Assembly: GCA_017417005.1 (NCBI GenBank)
Contig: JAFQAA010000030.1
Location: 1 to 51,333 of the forward strand
DNA length: 51,333 nt
Source of the DNA: Elusimicrobiaceae bacterium
Lineage (GTDB): Bacteria; Elusimicrobiota; Elusimicrobia; Elusimicrobiales; Elusimicrobiaceae
Reading direction: 5' to 3'
Positions 21,092 to 29,299 of this stretch are shown piece after piece (within the stretch, counting starts at the first letter, position 1; every line of letters starts with the position of its first letter). Under the pieces are notes generated by a model, which had not been told where the DNA came from, searched no databases, and saw nothing but the letters and a program-made list of their open reading frames with translations. The translations under genes and the position numbers were made by a program.

Positions 21092-22048
21092 ATGGAACAG
21101 ACTCTTTTTATAACAGGTATTTTTGCTTTTATTTTTGCAAAACTTTCCATATACTTAAATAAAAAAAATAAATTAGAAAATAAAAATATTTTTAAAATTT
21201 GGGCTTTTGGCGGCATTATTTTGGCAGGTATTTTAGCTTATTATATTTTTAATTTTATGGCTACAAATGGGGTAAGTGGCGGTCTTTCTTTAAAACATAC
21301 TTTATTTATTTTAGCAATAATTTTAGGGCTTATTTGGTGGGCAAGTAAAGAAATAAAAAAAGATTATAAAAAGGTTTATTTAACTATTTTAGATTGGGCG
21401 GAAACTATTTATTTTGCTGCCTTTTTTGCCGCTGTTGTGATGTTCTTTTTCATACAAGCTTTCAAAATACCTTCCGGCTCTATGCGGAATACTCTTTTGG
21501 AAGGGGATAATTTATTTGTAAATAAAATAGTCTATGGTTTTAGGCTACCTTTTATGAAAGATAAACTGGTTGAATTTAAACCAATAGAGAGGGGGGATAT
21601 TATTATTTTTAAATTTCCTGCCACAAGCAAACAACAAATAAATTGTGGGGAATCTCAATATGGCAGAGATTTTGTTAAAAGAGTAATTGGTTTGCCAGGG
21701 GATAAAGTTGAACTCCGCAATAAACAATTATATATCAACGATAAACTTATGCCCCCCCAAGATTATGAAGTTTATGATACTCATTTAAGAGAAGAGTATT
21801 TTATTAATATCCCTAAAGAAGATTATCAGAAAATGTGGGAAAATAGAACCTTGGAGCATACCCTTGGGTTATATTTAAGAGACTATTTCGGTCCTGTTAT
21901 TGTTCCTCAAGGGCAATATCTTGCTATGGGAGATAATAGAGATTTTTCCTGTGATTCTCGCTTTTGGGGACCGGTTCCTAAAGAAAATATTAAAGGCAAA
22001 GCCTGGTTTTTGCATTGGCCTTTAAATAGGATGAGATTTATTAAATAG
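21092..22048 (+). CDS. lepB: Signal peptidase I with an extended multi-TM N-terminus
   Basis: 318 aa. Catalytic boxes IPSGSMRNTLLEGDNLFVNK (Ser), FVKRVIGLPGD (Lys) and GDNRDFSCDSRFWGPV. About four hydrophobic segments precede the catalytic domain. Confidence 0.92.
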   Translation: MEQTLFITGIFAFIFAKLSIYLNKKNKLENKNIFKIWAFGGIILAGILAYYIFNFMATNGVSGGLSLKHTLFILAIILGLIWWASKEIKKDYKKVYLTILDWAETIYFAAFFAAVVMFFFIQAFKIPSGSMRNTLLEGDNLFVNKIVYGFRLPFMKDKLVEFKPIERGDIIIFKFPATSKQQINCGESQYGRDFVKRVIGLPGDKVELRNKQLYINDKLMPPQDYEVYDTHLREEYFINIPKEDYQKMWENRTLEHTLGLYLRDYFGPVIVPQGQYLAMGDNRDFSCDSRFWGPVPKENIKGKAWFLHWPLNRMRFIK

Positions 22049-22058
22049 TGTTTCTTTG

Positions 22059-22072
22059 TTTTCACGTGAAAA
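22059..22072. promoter_or_regulatory. parS-like site 1: perfect 14-bp palindrome TTTTCACGTGAAAA
   Basis: Its central 12 bp TTTCACGTGAAA matches the central 12 bp of the parS consensus tGTTtCACGTGAAAca. Lies 112 bp upstream of parA. Confidence 0.55.
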
Positions 22073-22096
22073 TTGTTTGCTTTTAAATAAAATATT

Positions 22097-22112
22097 GTTT
22101 TCACATGAAAAC
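22097..22112. promoter_or_regulatory. parS-like site 2: GTTTTCACATGAAAAC
   Basis: Same half-sites as site 1 with one central substitution (CACATG). Lies 38 bp downstream of site 1 (start-to-start, 22059 to 22097). Confidence 0.5.
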
Positions 22113-22183
22113 TTTTAATCCTTTTTAAAATAACGCTTGACAATAAGTATATTATTATGTTTTAATATTTATAAGGAGATATT

Positions 22184-23017
22184 ATGGCAGAAATAGTTTG
22201 TGTAGCAAATCAAAAAGGCGGTGTGGGAAAAACAACTACTTCCGTCAATCTTTCATATGCTCTTGCCTGTTTAGGCCAAGAGGTTTTACTTATTGATTTA
22301 GACCCGCAAAGCAATGCCAGTTCCGGCGTTGGTGTTGTGGTAAAAGAAGGGGAAAGGTCTGTTTATAATTTACTTACAAAAACAGCTCCTTTTAGAGAAG
22401 TTGTCCGCCAAACAAGTAATGAACTTTTAGATGTTTTGCCCGCCAGCAAAGATTTGGCTGGCGCAGAAGTGGAGTTTGTTAATATTCAAGGCAGAGAGAA
22501 AGTTTTAAAAGAAACTCTTAGCACTATAAGAAATATGTATAATTTTATTATTATAGATTGTCCGCCCTCTTTAAGTTTGCTTACAATAAATGCCTTGGTA
22601 GCGGCAGATAGCGTTATTACTCCTATACAATGTGAATATTACGCTATGGAGGGCCTTGCACATTTTATCAATACAACAGGTAAAGTTAAACAATTTTTAA
22701 GCCCAAATTTAAAAGTTGACGGCGGTATTTTGACTATGTATGATGCAAGAATGAACCTTGCTAATCAGGTTAAAGATGAGGTTTCTAAATTCTATGGTGA
22801 TAAAGTTTATAAAACCGCTATTCCCAGAAATGTCCGTCTGGCGGAAGCCCCCAGTTATGGCCAAAGTATTATAGAATATGACCCTTCCTGTAGAGGCACA
22901 AAAGCCTATATAGAACTGGCAAAGGAATTTTTAGTCCGCCGTGGCTTTAAAGAAGAAGACTTAAAAGAATACAATTTAGCAGCGGCTCAAAATGCCGGGT
23001 ATGATTTTGGAGGTTAA
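22184..23017 (+). CDS. parA: Chromosome partitioning ATPase ParA/Soj
   Basis: 277 aa. Deviant Walker A NQKGGVGKTTT, then IDLDPQ and IIIDCPPSL. AAGGAG RBS. Confidence 0.95.
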   Translation: MAEIVCVANQKGGVGKTTTSVNLSYALACLGQEVLLIDLDPQSNASSGVGVVVKEGERSVYNLLTKTAPFREVVRQTSNELLDVLPASKDLAGAEVEFVNIQGREKVLKETLSTIRNMYNFIIIDCPPSLSLLTINALVAADSVITPIQCEYYAMEGLAHFINTTGKVKQFLSPNLKVDGGILTMYDARMNLANQVKDEVSKFYGDKVYKTAIPRNVRLAEAPSYGQSIIEYDPSCRGTKAYIELAKEFLVRRGFKEEDLKEYNLAAAQNAGYDFGG

Positions 23018-23023
23018 TTTTTT

Positions 23024-23899
23024 ATGAGACAAGCTTTAGGCAAAGGCCTTGATGCTCTTTTAAACGGCTCAAATATTGAGAATACACAGGATAATGGTTC
23101 TAATACAAGAATACAAAAAATTCCTTTAGATAAAATTATTCCAAACCGCTTTCAACCCCGTAAAACTTTTAATGAGGAAAGTTTACAAGAACTAGCCCAA
23201 TCTTTAAAACAACATGGCTTAACCCAGCCGGTAGTTGTTGTTTATGACGGCGGCTTGGATAAATACGAAATTGTTGTAGGCGAAAGACGATATAGGGCCG
23301 CAAAAATTGCCGGCTTTACGGAAATAGATTGCGTCGTTCACACAAAACTTGATGATAAGCAAATGTGCGCTCTTGCGCTTATTGAAAATATACAAAGGGA
23401 AGACCTAAACCCAATAGAAACAGCTTTAGGCTATAAAAGCTTAATTCAAAAATTTATGGTTTCCCAAACAGAACTTGGCGAATATTGCGGCAAGTCTAAA
23501 GCGGCTGTTTCCAATTCTTTAAGACTTTTAAATTTAGAAGATAATATACAAGATGCCCTAAGGTCTGGTATTATTAGCGAAGGCCATGGCCGTGCTCTTT
23601 TAATGTTGCCTAGCGGTGCAAAAAGAGATGCTTTGTTTAACAAGATAGTATCTTCCAAAATATCCGTTCGCCAGGCTGAAGCTGCTGCTCAAAGCTCTCT
23701 TGAAGATAAACCCTCAAAAACAAACAAAAAAGATGCTAATGTTGTGGCTTTTGAACAAAGTTTGCAGGAATCTCTTGGAACAAAGGTGGAGCTAAAGGCT
23801 TCCGGCAAAAGTGGCAAAAAAGGTGTTTTGGTTATTCATTATGAAAATCTTGAACAGCTTGAAAATATTGCTGAAAAATTAAAAAGTAAACTTTTATAG
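23024..23899 (+). CDS. parB: Chromosome partitioning protein ParB/Spo0J
   Basis: 291 aa. ParB box NRFQPRK...GLTQPVVV...VVGERRYRAAK, and an HTH region QTELGEYCGKSKAAVSNSLRLL. Confidence 0.95.
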   Translation: MRQALGKGLDALLNGSNIENTQDNGSNTRIQKIPLDKIIPNRFQPRKTFNEESLQELAQSLKQHGLTQPVVVVYDGGLDKYEIVVGERRYRAAKIAGFTEIDCVVHTKLDDKQMCALALIENIQREDLNPIETALGYKSLIQKFMVSQTELGEYCGKSKAAVSNSLRLLNLEDNIQDALRSGIISEGHGRALLMLPSGAKRDALFNKIVSSKISVRQAEAAAQSSLEDKPSKTNKKDANVVAFEQSLQESLGTKVELKASGKSGKKGVLVIHYENLEQLENIAEKLKSKLL

Positions 23900-23924
23900 T
23901 TTTTAAAAGTTTATAAGTTTTTCT

Positions 23925-23962
23925 AAACCGCTTATTTTGTTTTAAGTAGGCGGTTTTTATTT
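23925..23962 (+). terminator. Intrinsic terminator after parB
   Basis: Stem AAACCGCTTA / TAGGCGGTTT (23925-23934 and 23947-23956, one G:U pair) followed by TTTTTATTTT. Confidence 0.7.
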
Positions 23963-24266
23963 TATAATTAAAAAGAGTTATAAAACTGCTAATAATCAAA
24001 AAATCTCAGTCGTAAAAAAACAAGAACTCATAAAATAGGCCTTATTTTTGATTTTTATTTTAAAAAGGTAAAACTACTTTAAATTTTATAAAAAATCAAA
24101 ATTCGGGCTATTTTTGGTTAAAATCGGCTAATTTTTAGCGTTTTTTACAAAAAAGGCACTTGTTTTAATAAAAAAGGAAGAAAAAATAAAAAAGTCAGAA
24201 TCTTTTTATAATAAGACCTATTGAACTTAAAAAATATAAAAACATATCAAATAGGACAAAAGACCC

Positions 24267-25505
24267 TTGTTTTATTTTAAAACATCAAAACGCCAAAAAA
24301 ACTATAATAATAGTATGGCAAGATTGGAAGAAATACAAGAAAAATTTGGGCTAGGAACCTCTGGTTTAAAAGAAGATTTTTCGTCATTAAAAGGCCTAAA
24401 ATTAACAATGATAACGGCCTCTTCTTATGGCAGTGGGGTTAGTGAAAGCGCAAAAACCTTGCAAGATTATTTTAGGGAACTTGGTTTAAAAGTTTCTTGG
24501 CAAACGATAGAAGCTCCGCAAGAATTTTTTGAAATATCAAAAAAGATATCAAATTCTTTAATAGGGCTTGTTGATCTTACTTCAGCAGAACTAAAAAAGT
24601 TTAAAGATTTATCTTCTCAAATTAAACTTGACACCGATTGCGATATTTTATATTTGCACGACCATCCGGCTTTAATTGCAGCAAGTTTTTTTACTCATAT
24701 TCCCAAAATTTATCGTTGTCATTTTGATATTTCGCGAGCTTCTTTAAACACTTGGCAATTTATAAAACCTTATATCAAAAAATGTGACGGCGCGATATTT
24801 ACTTTGCCAAATTTCCACCGCGAAATAGAAAAATTTAAAAACAAAATTGCTTATGTTTTGCCGTCAATAGATCCTCTTTCCGTAAAAAACACTTTTGCCA
24901 CAGAACAGGATGTAAAAGAAGTTTTTAACAAATATCAAATTACTTTAGATAAACCTGTTATCTTGCAAGTTTCGCGTTTTGATAGATTAAAAGATCCTTG
25001 TGGCTTAATTGAGGCTTTTAATCTTGTTCAAAAAGATTTTCCCTCAGCCCAACTTGTTATTGCCGGCGCCCTTGCGCCCGATGATACCAACGCAGAAGCA
25101 GTTTACCGCGAAGCCTTAGCAAAAGCGCAAGGAAATAAAAACATAAAAATCCTTTCCCTAAATAAACAAGATGCGCAAATTTCCGCTTTACAAAGTGGGG
25201 CAACAATTATAGTTCAAAAATCTCTTGCGGAAAGTTTTGGGCTAGCAATTACGGAGGCTCTTTGGAAAGCAAAACCTGTTGTTGCAAGCAAGGTGGGGGG
25301 AATACCTTTGCAAATTACCGATAGAAAAACAGGTCTTCTTTGCACAGATATTAAAACTTGCGCAGAGAATATTTTGCGTTTACTTAAAGATAAAGCCCTT
25401 GCCTTGCGTCTTGGCAAAAACGGCCATAATTTAGTAAAAGAAAAATTTCTTATCACGCGCGAACTGAAAGAGCATTTAAAAATCTTTAAAAAAATACTAC
25501 AATAA
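24267..25505 (+). CDS. GT4-family glycosyltransferase, TreT (trehalose glycosyltransferring synthase)-like
   Basis: 412 aa. The N-terminal pattern ITASSYGSGVSE...LGLKVSWQTIEAPQEFFEISKKISNSL parallels the TreT signature (vNST.fGGGVAE...G....W.vI.g..eFF.vTK..HN.L). C-terminal GT-B motif ESFGLAITEALWK.KPVV. The start is uncertain (TTG 24267 or ATG 24315), and neither has a clear RBS. Confidence 0.7.
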   Translation: MFYFKTSKRQKNYNNSMARLEEIQEKFGLGTSGLKEDFSSLKGLKLTMITASSYGSGVSESAKTLQDYFRELGLKVSWQTIEAPQEFFEISKKISNSLIGLVDLTSAELKKFKDLSSQIKLDTDCDILYLHDHPALIAASFFTHIPKIYRCHFDISRASLNTWQFIKPYIKKCDGAIFTLPNFHREIEKFKNKIAYVLPSIDPLSVKNTFATEQDVKEVFNKYQITLDKPVILQVSRFDRLKDPCGLIEAFNLVQKDFPSAQLVIAGALAPDDTNAEAVYREALAKAQGNKNIKILSLNKQDAQISALQSGATIIVQKSLAESFGLAITEALWKAKPVVASKVGGIPLQITDRKTGLLCTDIKTCAENILRLLKDKALALRLGKNGHNLVKEKFLITRELKEHLKIFKKILQ

Positions 25506-25512
25506 AATTAAG

Positions 25513-25752
25513 ATGGGAAAAAGTCGCTTTATCTCAAAAAAAGATTTTGCCCTTATTAGCACTTTAGGAATAGAGTTTGCTTTAATAATGTGTCTTGGCA
25601 CTTTTGGCGGTTTTTGGTTAGATAAAAAGTTAAGCACTTATCCCTGGTTTTTACTTTTAGGTGCGTTGCTTGGTTTTGCTTTTGCTTTATATGTTTTAAT
25701 TATGCATGCAAATTTAGCAACACGACTAGAAAAAACAGAAAATAAAAAATGA
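25513..25752 (+). CDS. atpZ: AtpZ/AtpI-type small membrane protein of the ATP synthase operon
   Basis: 79 aa with two TM helices. Pattern LG.EFA.....G.FGGFWLDKKL.T.PWF.LLGALLG. First gene of the atp cluster. Overlaps atpB by 4 nt. Confidence 0.7.
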   Translation: MGKSRFISKKDFALISTLGIEFALIMCLGTFGGFWLDKKLSTYPWFLLLGALLGFAFALYVLIMHANLATRLEKTENKK

Positions 25753-26495
25753 TACAGGAAATTTTAGAACATCATATTTTAGATCATATCGTAGATATCA
25801 AACTTTTCGGTTTAGATATAAGTTTAACCCAGCATACTTTATTTATGATGGGTATATCTGTAGCATTACTAATTTTGATACCTCTTTTTGCTAGTTTAAA
25901 ATCCGGTCGTTTTAAAACTTTTATAGAAATGTTTGTTGAATTTGTGCAAAATAATATTGTTTTGCCGAATATCGGTCCGCACGGAAAAAAATTTGTGCCT
26001 TTCTTTTGCACAATGCTTATATTTTTACTTTTTGCAAATTATCTTGGTATGATGCCCGAAGCCCGAACAATAACAAGTAATATTTCCGTTACCGCCGGTA
26101 TGGCAATAGCAAGTTTTCTCTTTATTGTTTTTTTGAGTGTAAAAGAAAATGGTTTTGGCGGTTTTATTAAATCTTTTGTGCCGGGTGGCGTGCCTATATG
26201 GCTTGTGCCGATGATGTTTTGTTTAGAAGTTTTTAGTTTACTTATAAAAACTTTTGTTTTGGCAATTCGTCTGTTTGCCAATATGACGGCAGGGCATATT
26301 ATTTTACTCGGCCTTTTTTCTTTTATATTTTTAATGGGCGGGGAATCTGTTTTAAAAGGATATATTTCCAGCATTCCCGTCTTATTTATGACCCTTTTTG
26401 TTAGTATTTTAGAGTTGCTTGTAGCCGCAATACAGGCCTATGTATTTACTTTACTTACGGCCATTTTTGCAGGTTTACAAAGCCACGCACATTAG
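25749..26495 (+). CDS. atpB: F-type ATP synthase Fo subunit a
   Basis: 248 aa, polytopic. Essential-Arg region LAIRLFANMTAGH. Confidence 0.93.
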   Translation: MIQEILEHHILDHIVDIKLFGLDISLTQHTLFMMGISVALLILIPLFASLKSGRFKTFIEMFVEFVQNNIVLPNIGPHGKKFVPFFCTMLIFLLFANYLGMMPEARTITSNISVTAGMAIASFLFIVFLSVKENGFGGFIKSFVPGGVPIWLVPMMFCLEVFSLLIKTFVLAIRLFANMTAGHIILLGLFSFIFLMGGESVLKGYISSIPVLFMTLFVSILELLVAAIQAYVFTLLTAIFAGLQSHAH

Positions 26496-26504
26496 GAGGA
26501 AGTT

Positions 26505-26729
26505 ATGGAACTTGAAGCATTAAAATATGTTGCAGCTGGTCTTGGGGCAGGTCTTGCCGTTATCGGTGCTGCTATTGGTATTGGTAAAATCGGGCAGGCT
26601 TCACTGGAAGCAACCGGTCGCCAACCGGCAGTAGCAGGTGATGCTAGAACAACAATGATTATCGCTGCTGCTTTAGTTGAAGGTGTTACTTTATTTGCTT
26701 TAGTTATTTGCCTTTTGATGACTTTATAG
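26505..26729 (+). CDS. atpE: F-type ATP synthase Fo subunit c
   Basis: 74 aa hairpin. Gly-rich helix 1, loop GRQP, and carboxylate in AAALVEGVTLFALV. Confidence 0.95.
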   Translation: MELEALKYVAAGLGAGLAVIGAAIGIGKIGQASLEATGRQPAVAGDARTTMIIAAALVEGVTLFALVICLLMTL

Positions 26730-26730
26730 T

Positions 26731-27234
26731 ATGAAGACTTTACTTGAACCTAATTTCGGTTTAGTTTTTTGGACGATAGTAAACTTTCTTATTTTAGTTT
26801 TTTTGCTTGCAAAGTTTGCTTGGAAGCCCATTATAAAAACTCTTGATGAAAGGGAGAAAAAGATTAAAGAGGATATTTCTTCCGCTCAGCTTGCACGCGA
26901 AGAGGCCCAAAAAATCAAACAGGAAATGGAAGCAAAACTTGAAGATATTTCTAGTCAAAGTATCCAAAAGTTAAAAGAAGCCCAAGCAATTGCCGATGGG
27001 GAAAAACAAAAAATTATAGATGAGGCAAACAGACAGGCCGGCGCTTTGATAGAACAAGCCAAGGCCGAAATTGATGCCCAAACCCAAAAAGCAATAGAAA
27101 CTTTAAAAGCGCAAATGGCAGATACAACACTTCTTGCTTTAAAAAAGATTATTACTAAACAAGAAGACGAAAAAACTTCCCGCGCACAAGTGCAGGAAGT
27201 TTTAAAAGAAATAGAAGAAAAAGCAAATAAATAA
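26731..27234 (+). CDS. atpF: F-type ATP synthase Fo subunit b
   Basis: 167 aa. A single N-terminal TM segment followed by a long charged coiled coil. Position in the operon fits. Confidence 0.9.
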   Translation: MKTLLEPNFGLVFWTIVNFLILVFLLAKFAWKPIIKTLDEREKKIKEDISSAQLAREEAQKIKQEMEAKLEDISSQSIQKLKEAQAIADGEKQKIIDEANRQAGALIEQAKAEIDAQTQKAIETLKAQMADTTLLALKKIITKQEDEKTSRAQVQEVLKEIEEKANK

Positions 27235-27235
27235 T

Positions 27236-27760
27236 ATGAAAGCCCAAAACCTTTATTTAGCGCAAAAATATGCAAAAGCTTTTGACTCTTGTGCCAAAAA
27301 TACACAAGAGGCTGCGTCTAATTTTTTGTGTTATCAAAAAGCCTTAAAAGGTCTTGAGCAAATAAAAGATATTATAGAAAATCCGGCTATTGCTTTTAAT
27401 GTCAAAAGACCTTTGCTGGATAAAGTTTTGGGGCAAGATATAGGCGCTCGTTTTATAAGTTTACTTGTGGAAGAAAAACGCTTTTCTTTAGCTTCTGCCA
27501 TAGAGCGGGAACTTCTTTCCCTTTTGGATAAAAGGCAAAATCTTGCCAGAGTAGAAATAACAAGTGTTTTGCCGCTTGATAATGCCGAGCAAAAGCAAAT
27601 AGGACAGGTATTAAGCAAATATTTTAAAACTTCTTTAAACCTTTCCTTTAAAGAAGATAAAAATATTCTAGGCGGTATAATTGTTAAAAAAGAAGATTTA
27701 TGTATAGACGGCAGTATTTTAGGCCGGTTAAAGAATTTAGAGCAAGCATTAAAGAGGTAA
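27236..27760 (+). CDS. atpH: F-type ATP synthase F1 subunit delta (OSCP)
   Basis: 174 aa. Lies between atpF and atpA, with a C-terminal LGGIIVK..D..IDGS pattern. Confidence 0.88.
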   Translation: MKAQNLYLAQKYAKAFDSCAKNTQEAASNFLCYQKALKGLEQIKDIIENPAIAFNVKRPLLDKVLGQDIGARFISLLVEEKRFSLASAIERELLSLLDKRQNLARVEITSVLPLDNAEQKQIGQVLSKYFKTSLNLSFKEDKNILGGIIVKKEDLCIDGSILGRLKNLEQALKR

Positions 27761-27766
27761 GTTAAA

Positions 27767-29284
27767 ATGGCAATCAGGCCTGATGAAATAACAGCAATAA
27801 TAAAAGAAAAAATAGAAAATTGGAACGCCACAACTAATATTAGGGAAGAGGGGCAAGTCATCAGCGTTGGCGATGGTATTGCCCGTATTTACGGCCTAGA
27901 AAAAGCCGTTGCCGGCGAATTACTGGAATTTGAAAGCGGTGTTAAAGGCTTAGTTTTAAACTTGGAATATGATAATATCGGTTGTGTTTTAATGGGTTCT
28001 GATACCCAAGTTAAAGAAGGCCAAAAAGTTTACCGAACAGGCAAAGTTATGAGTGTGCCTGTAGGGCAAGAACTTCTTGGCAGAGTAGTAAATCCTTTAG
28101 GGGCCGCGCTTGATGGTAAAGGTGCCATAAAAACAAAAGAAACAAGACCTCTTGAAATTATTGCTCCCGGCGTTGTGGAGCGCCAACCTGTTAACGAACC
28201 TTTGCAAACAGGTTTAAAGGCTATTGACGCTATGGTGCCGATAGGTAAAGGCCAAAGAGAACTTATTATCGGCGATAGACAAACCGGCAAAACCGCCATT
28301 GCTCTTGATACTATTATCAATCAAAAACAACAAGGCAAAGAAGTTATTTGTATTTACTGCGCTATCGGCCAAAAACAAAGCACTATTGCACAAGTAGTGC
28401 AAACCCTAAAAGATTTTGGTGCAATGGCTTACACTATTGTTGTTAGCGCAAGTGCTTCTGATCCGGCCTCGCTTTTATATGTTGCGCCTTATGCTGCTTG
28501 CGCTATGGGCGAATATTTTATGTGGCAAGGCAGAGATGTTTTAGTAATTTATGATGATTTATCAAAACACGCCCAGGCTTACCGCCAAATGAGTTTGCTT
28601 TTAAGAAGACCGCCCGGCAGGGAAGCTTACCCCGGGGATGTTTTTTATTTGCACTCTCGCTTGCTTGAGCGCGCTTGCCGTTTAAATAAAGAAAATGGGG
28701 GCGGTTCTTTAACTGCTTTACCGATAATTGAAACACAAGCAAATGATATTTCCGCTTATATCCCGACAAATGTTATTTCAATTACTGACGGCCAAATTTA
28801 TCTTGATGCAAATATCTTCCGCTCGGGTATAAAACCGGCTATTGATGTTGGTTTATCTGTTTCTCGTGTGGGGGGAAGCGCGCAAAAAAAAGCTATGCGT
28901 AAAGTGGCAGGCACTTTGCGTATTGACCTTGCACAATATCAGGAACTTGCAAGTTTTGCTCAGTTCGGCAGTGAACTGGATAAAGAATCGCAATTTCAAC
29001 TTGCGCGCGGTCAACGCCTAACAGAACTTTTAAAACAAGGGCAATATAAGCCAATGCTTGTGGAAGATCAAACCCTAGTTCTTTTTGCCGGCACAAAAGG
29101 CTATCTTGATGATATTGCCGTGAGTAAAGTTCTTGTTTATCAGGAAGAATTACTTAATTTTGCCCGTGCAAAACACGCTTCTTTACTTAAGGAAATTGCC
29201 CAGGCAAAAACACTTGATGAAAAGCTTGAAAACAAAATCAAAGTAGTTTTAGATGAATTTAAAACATTGTTTAAAGGAAAATAA
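27767..29284 (+). CDS. atpA: F-type ATP synthase F1 subunit alpha
   Basis: 505 aa. Walker [12 protein letters not shown], then [11 protein letters not shown]-type [35 protein letters not shown]. Confidence 0.98.
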   Translation: MAIRPDEITAIIKEKIENWNATTNIREEGQVISVGDGIARIYGLEKAVAGELLEFESGVKGLVLNLEYDNIGCVLMGSDTQVKEGQKVYRTGKVMSVPVGQELLGRVVNPLGAALDGKGAIKTKETRPLEIIAPGVVERQPVNEPLQTGLKAIDAMVPIGKGQRELIIGDRQTGKTAIALDTIINQKQQGKEVICIYCAIGQKQSTIAQVVQTLKDFGAMAYTIVVSASASDPASLLYVAPYAACAMGEYFMWQGRDVLVIYDDLSKHAQAYRQMSLLLRRPPGREAYPGDVFYLHSRLLERACRLNKENGGGSLTALPIIETQANDISAYIPTNVISITDGQIYLDANIFRSGIKPAIDVGLSVSRVGGSAQKKAMRKVAGTLRIDLAQYQELASFAQFGSELDKESQFQLARGQRLTELLKQGQYKPMLVEDQTLVLFAGTKGYLDDIAVSKVLVYQEELLNFARAKHASLLKEIAQAKTLDEKLENKIKVVLDEFKTLFKGK

Positions 29285-29299
29285 AAAAGGAGAAATTTT

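Noticed and set aside
22137-22168. Sigma-70-type promoter for parA based on TTGACA at 22137-22142.
   Set aside because: No good -10 hexamer lies at a 16-18 nt spacing. The best TAATAT is 20 nt away. It is therefore mentioned only in the parS finding and not called as a feature.
27334-27861. 175-aa minus-strand ORF opposite atpH and the start of atpA. Similar antisense ORFs occur at 26039-26374, 26955-27305 and 28030-28320.
   Set aside because: They are embedded in an uninterrupted, well-conserved atp operon and have no RBS or motifs. These are shadow ORFs.
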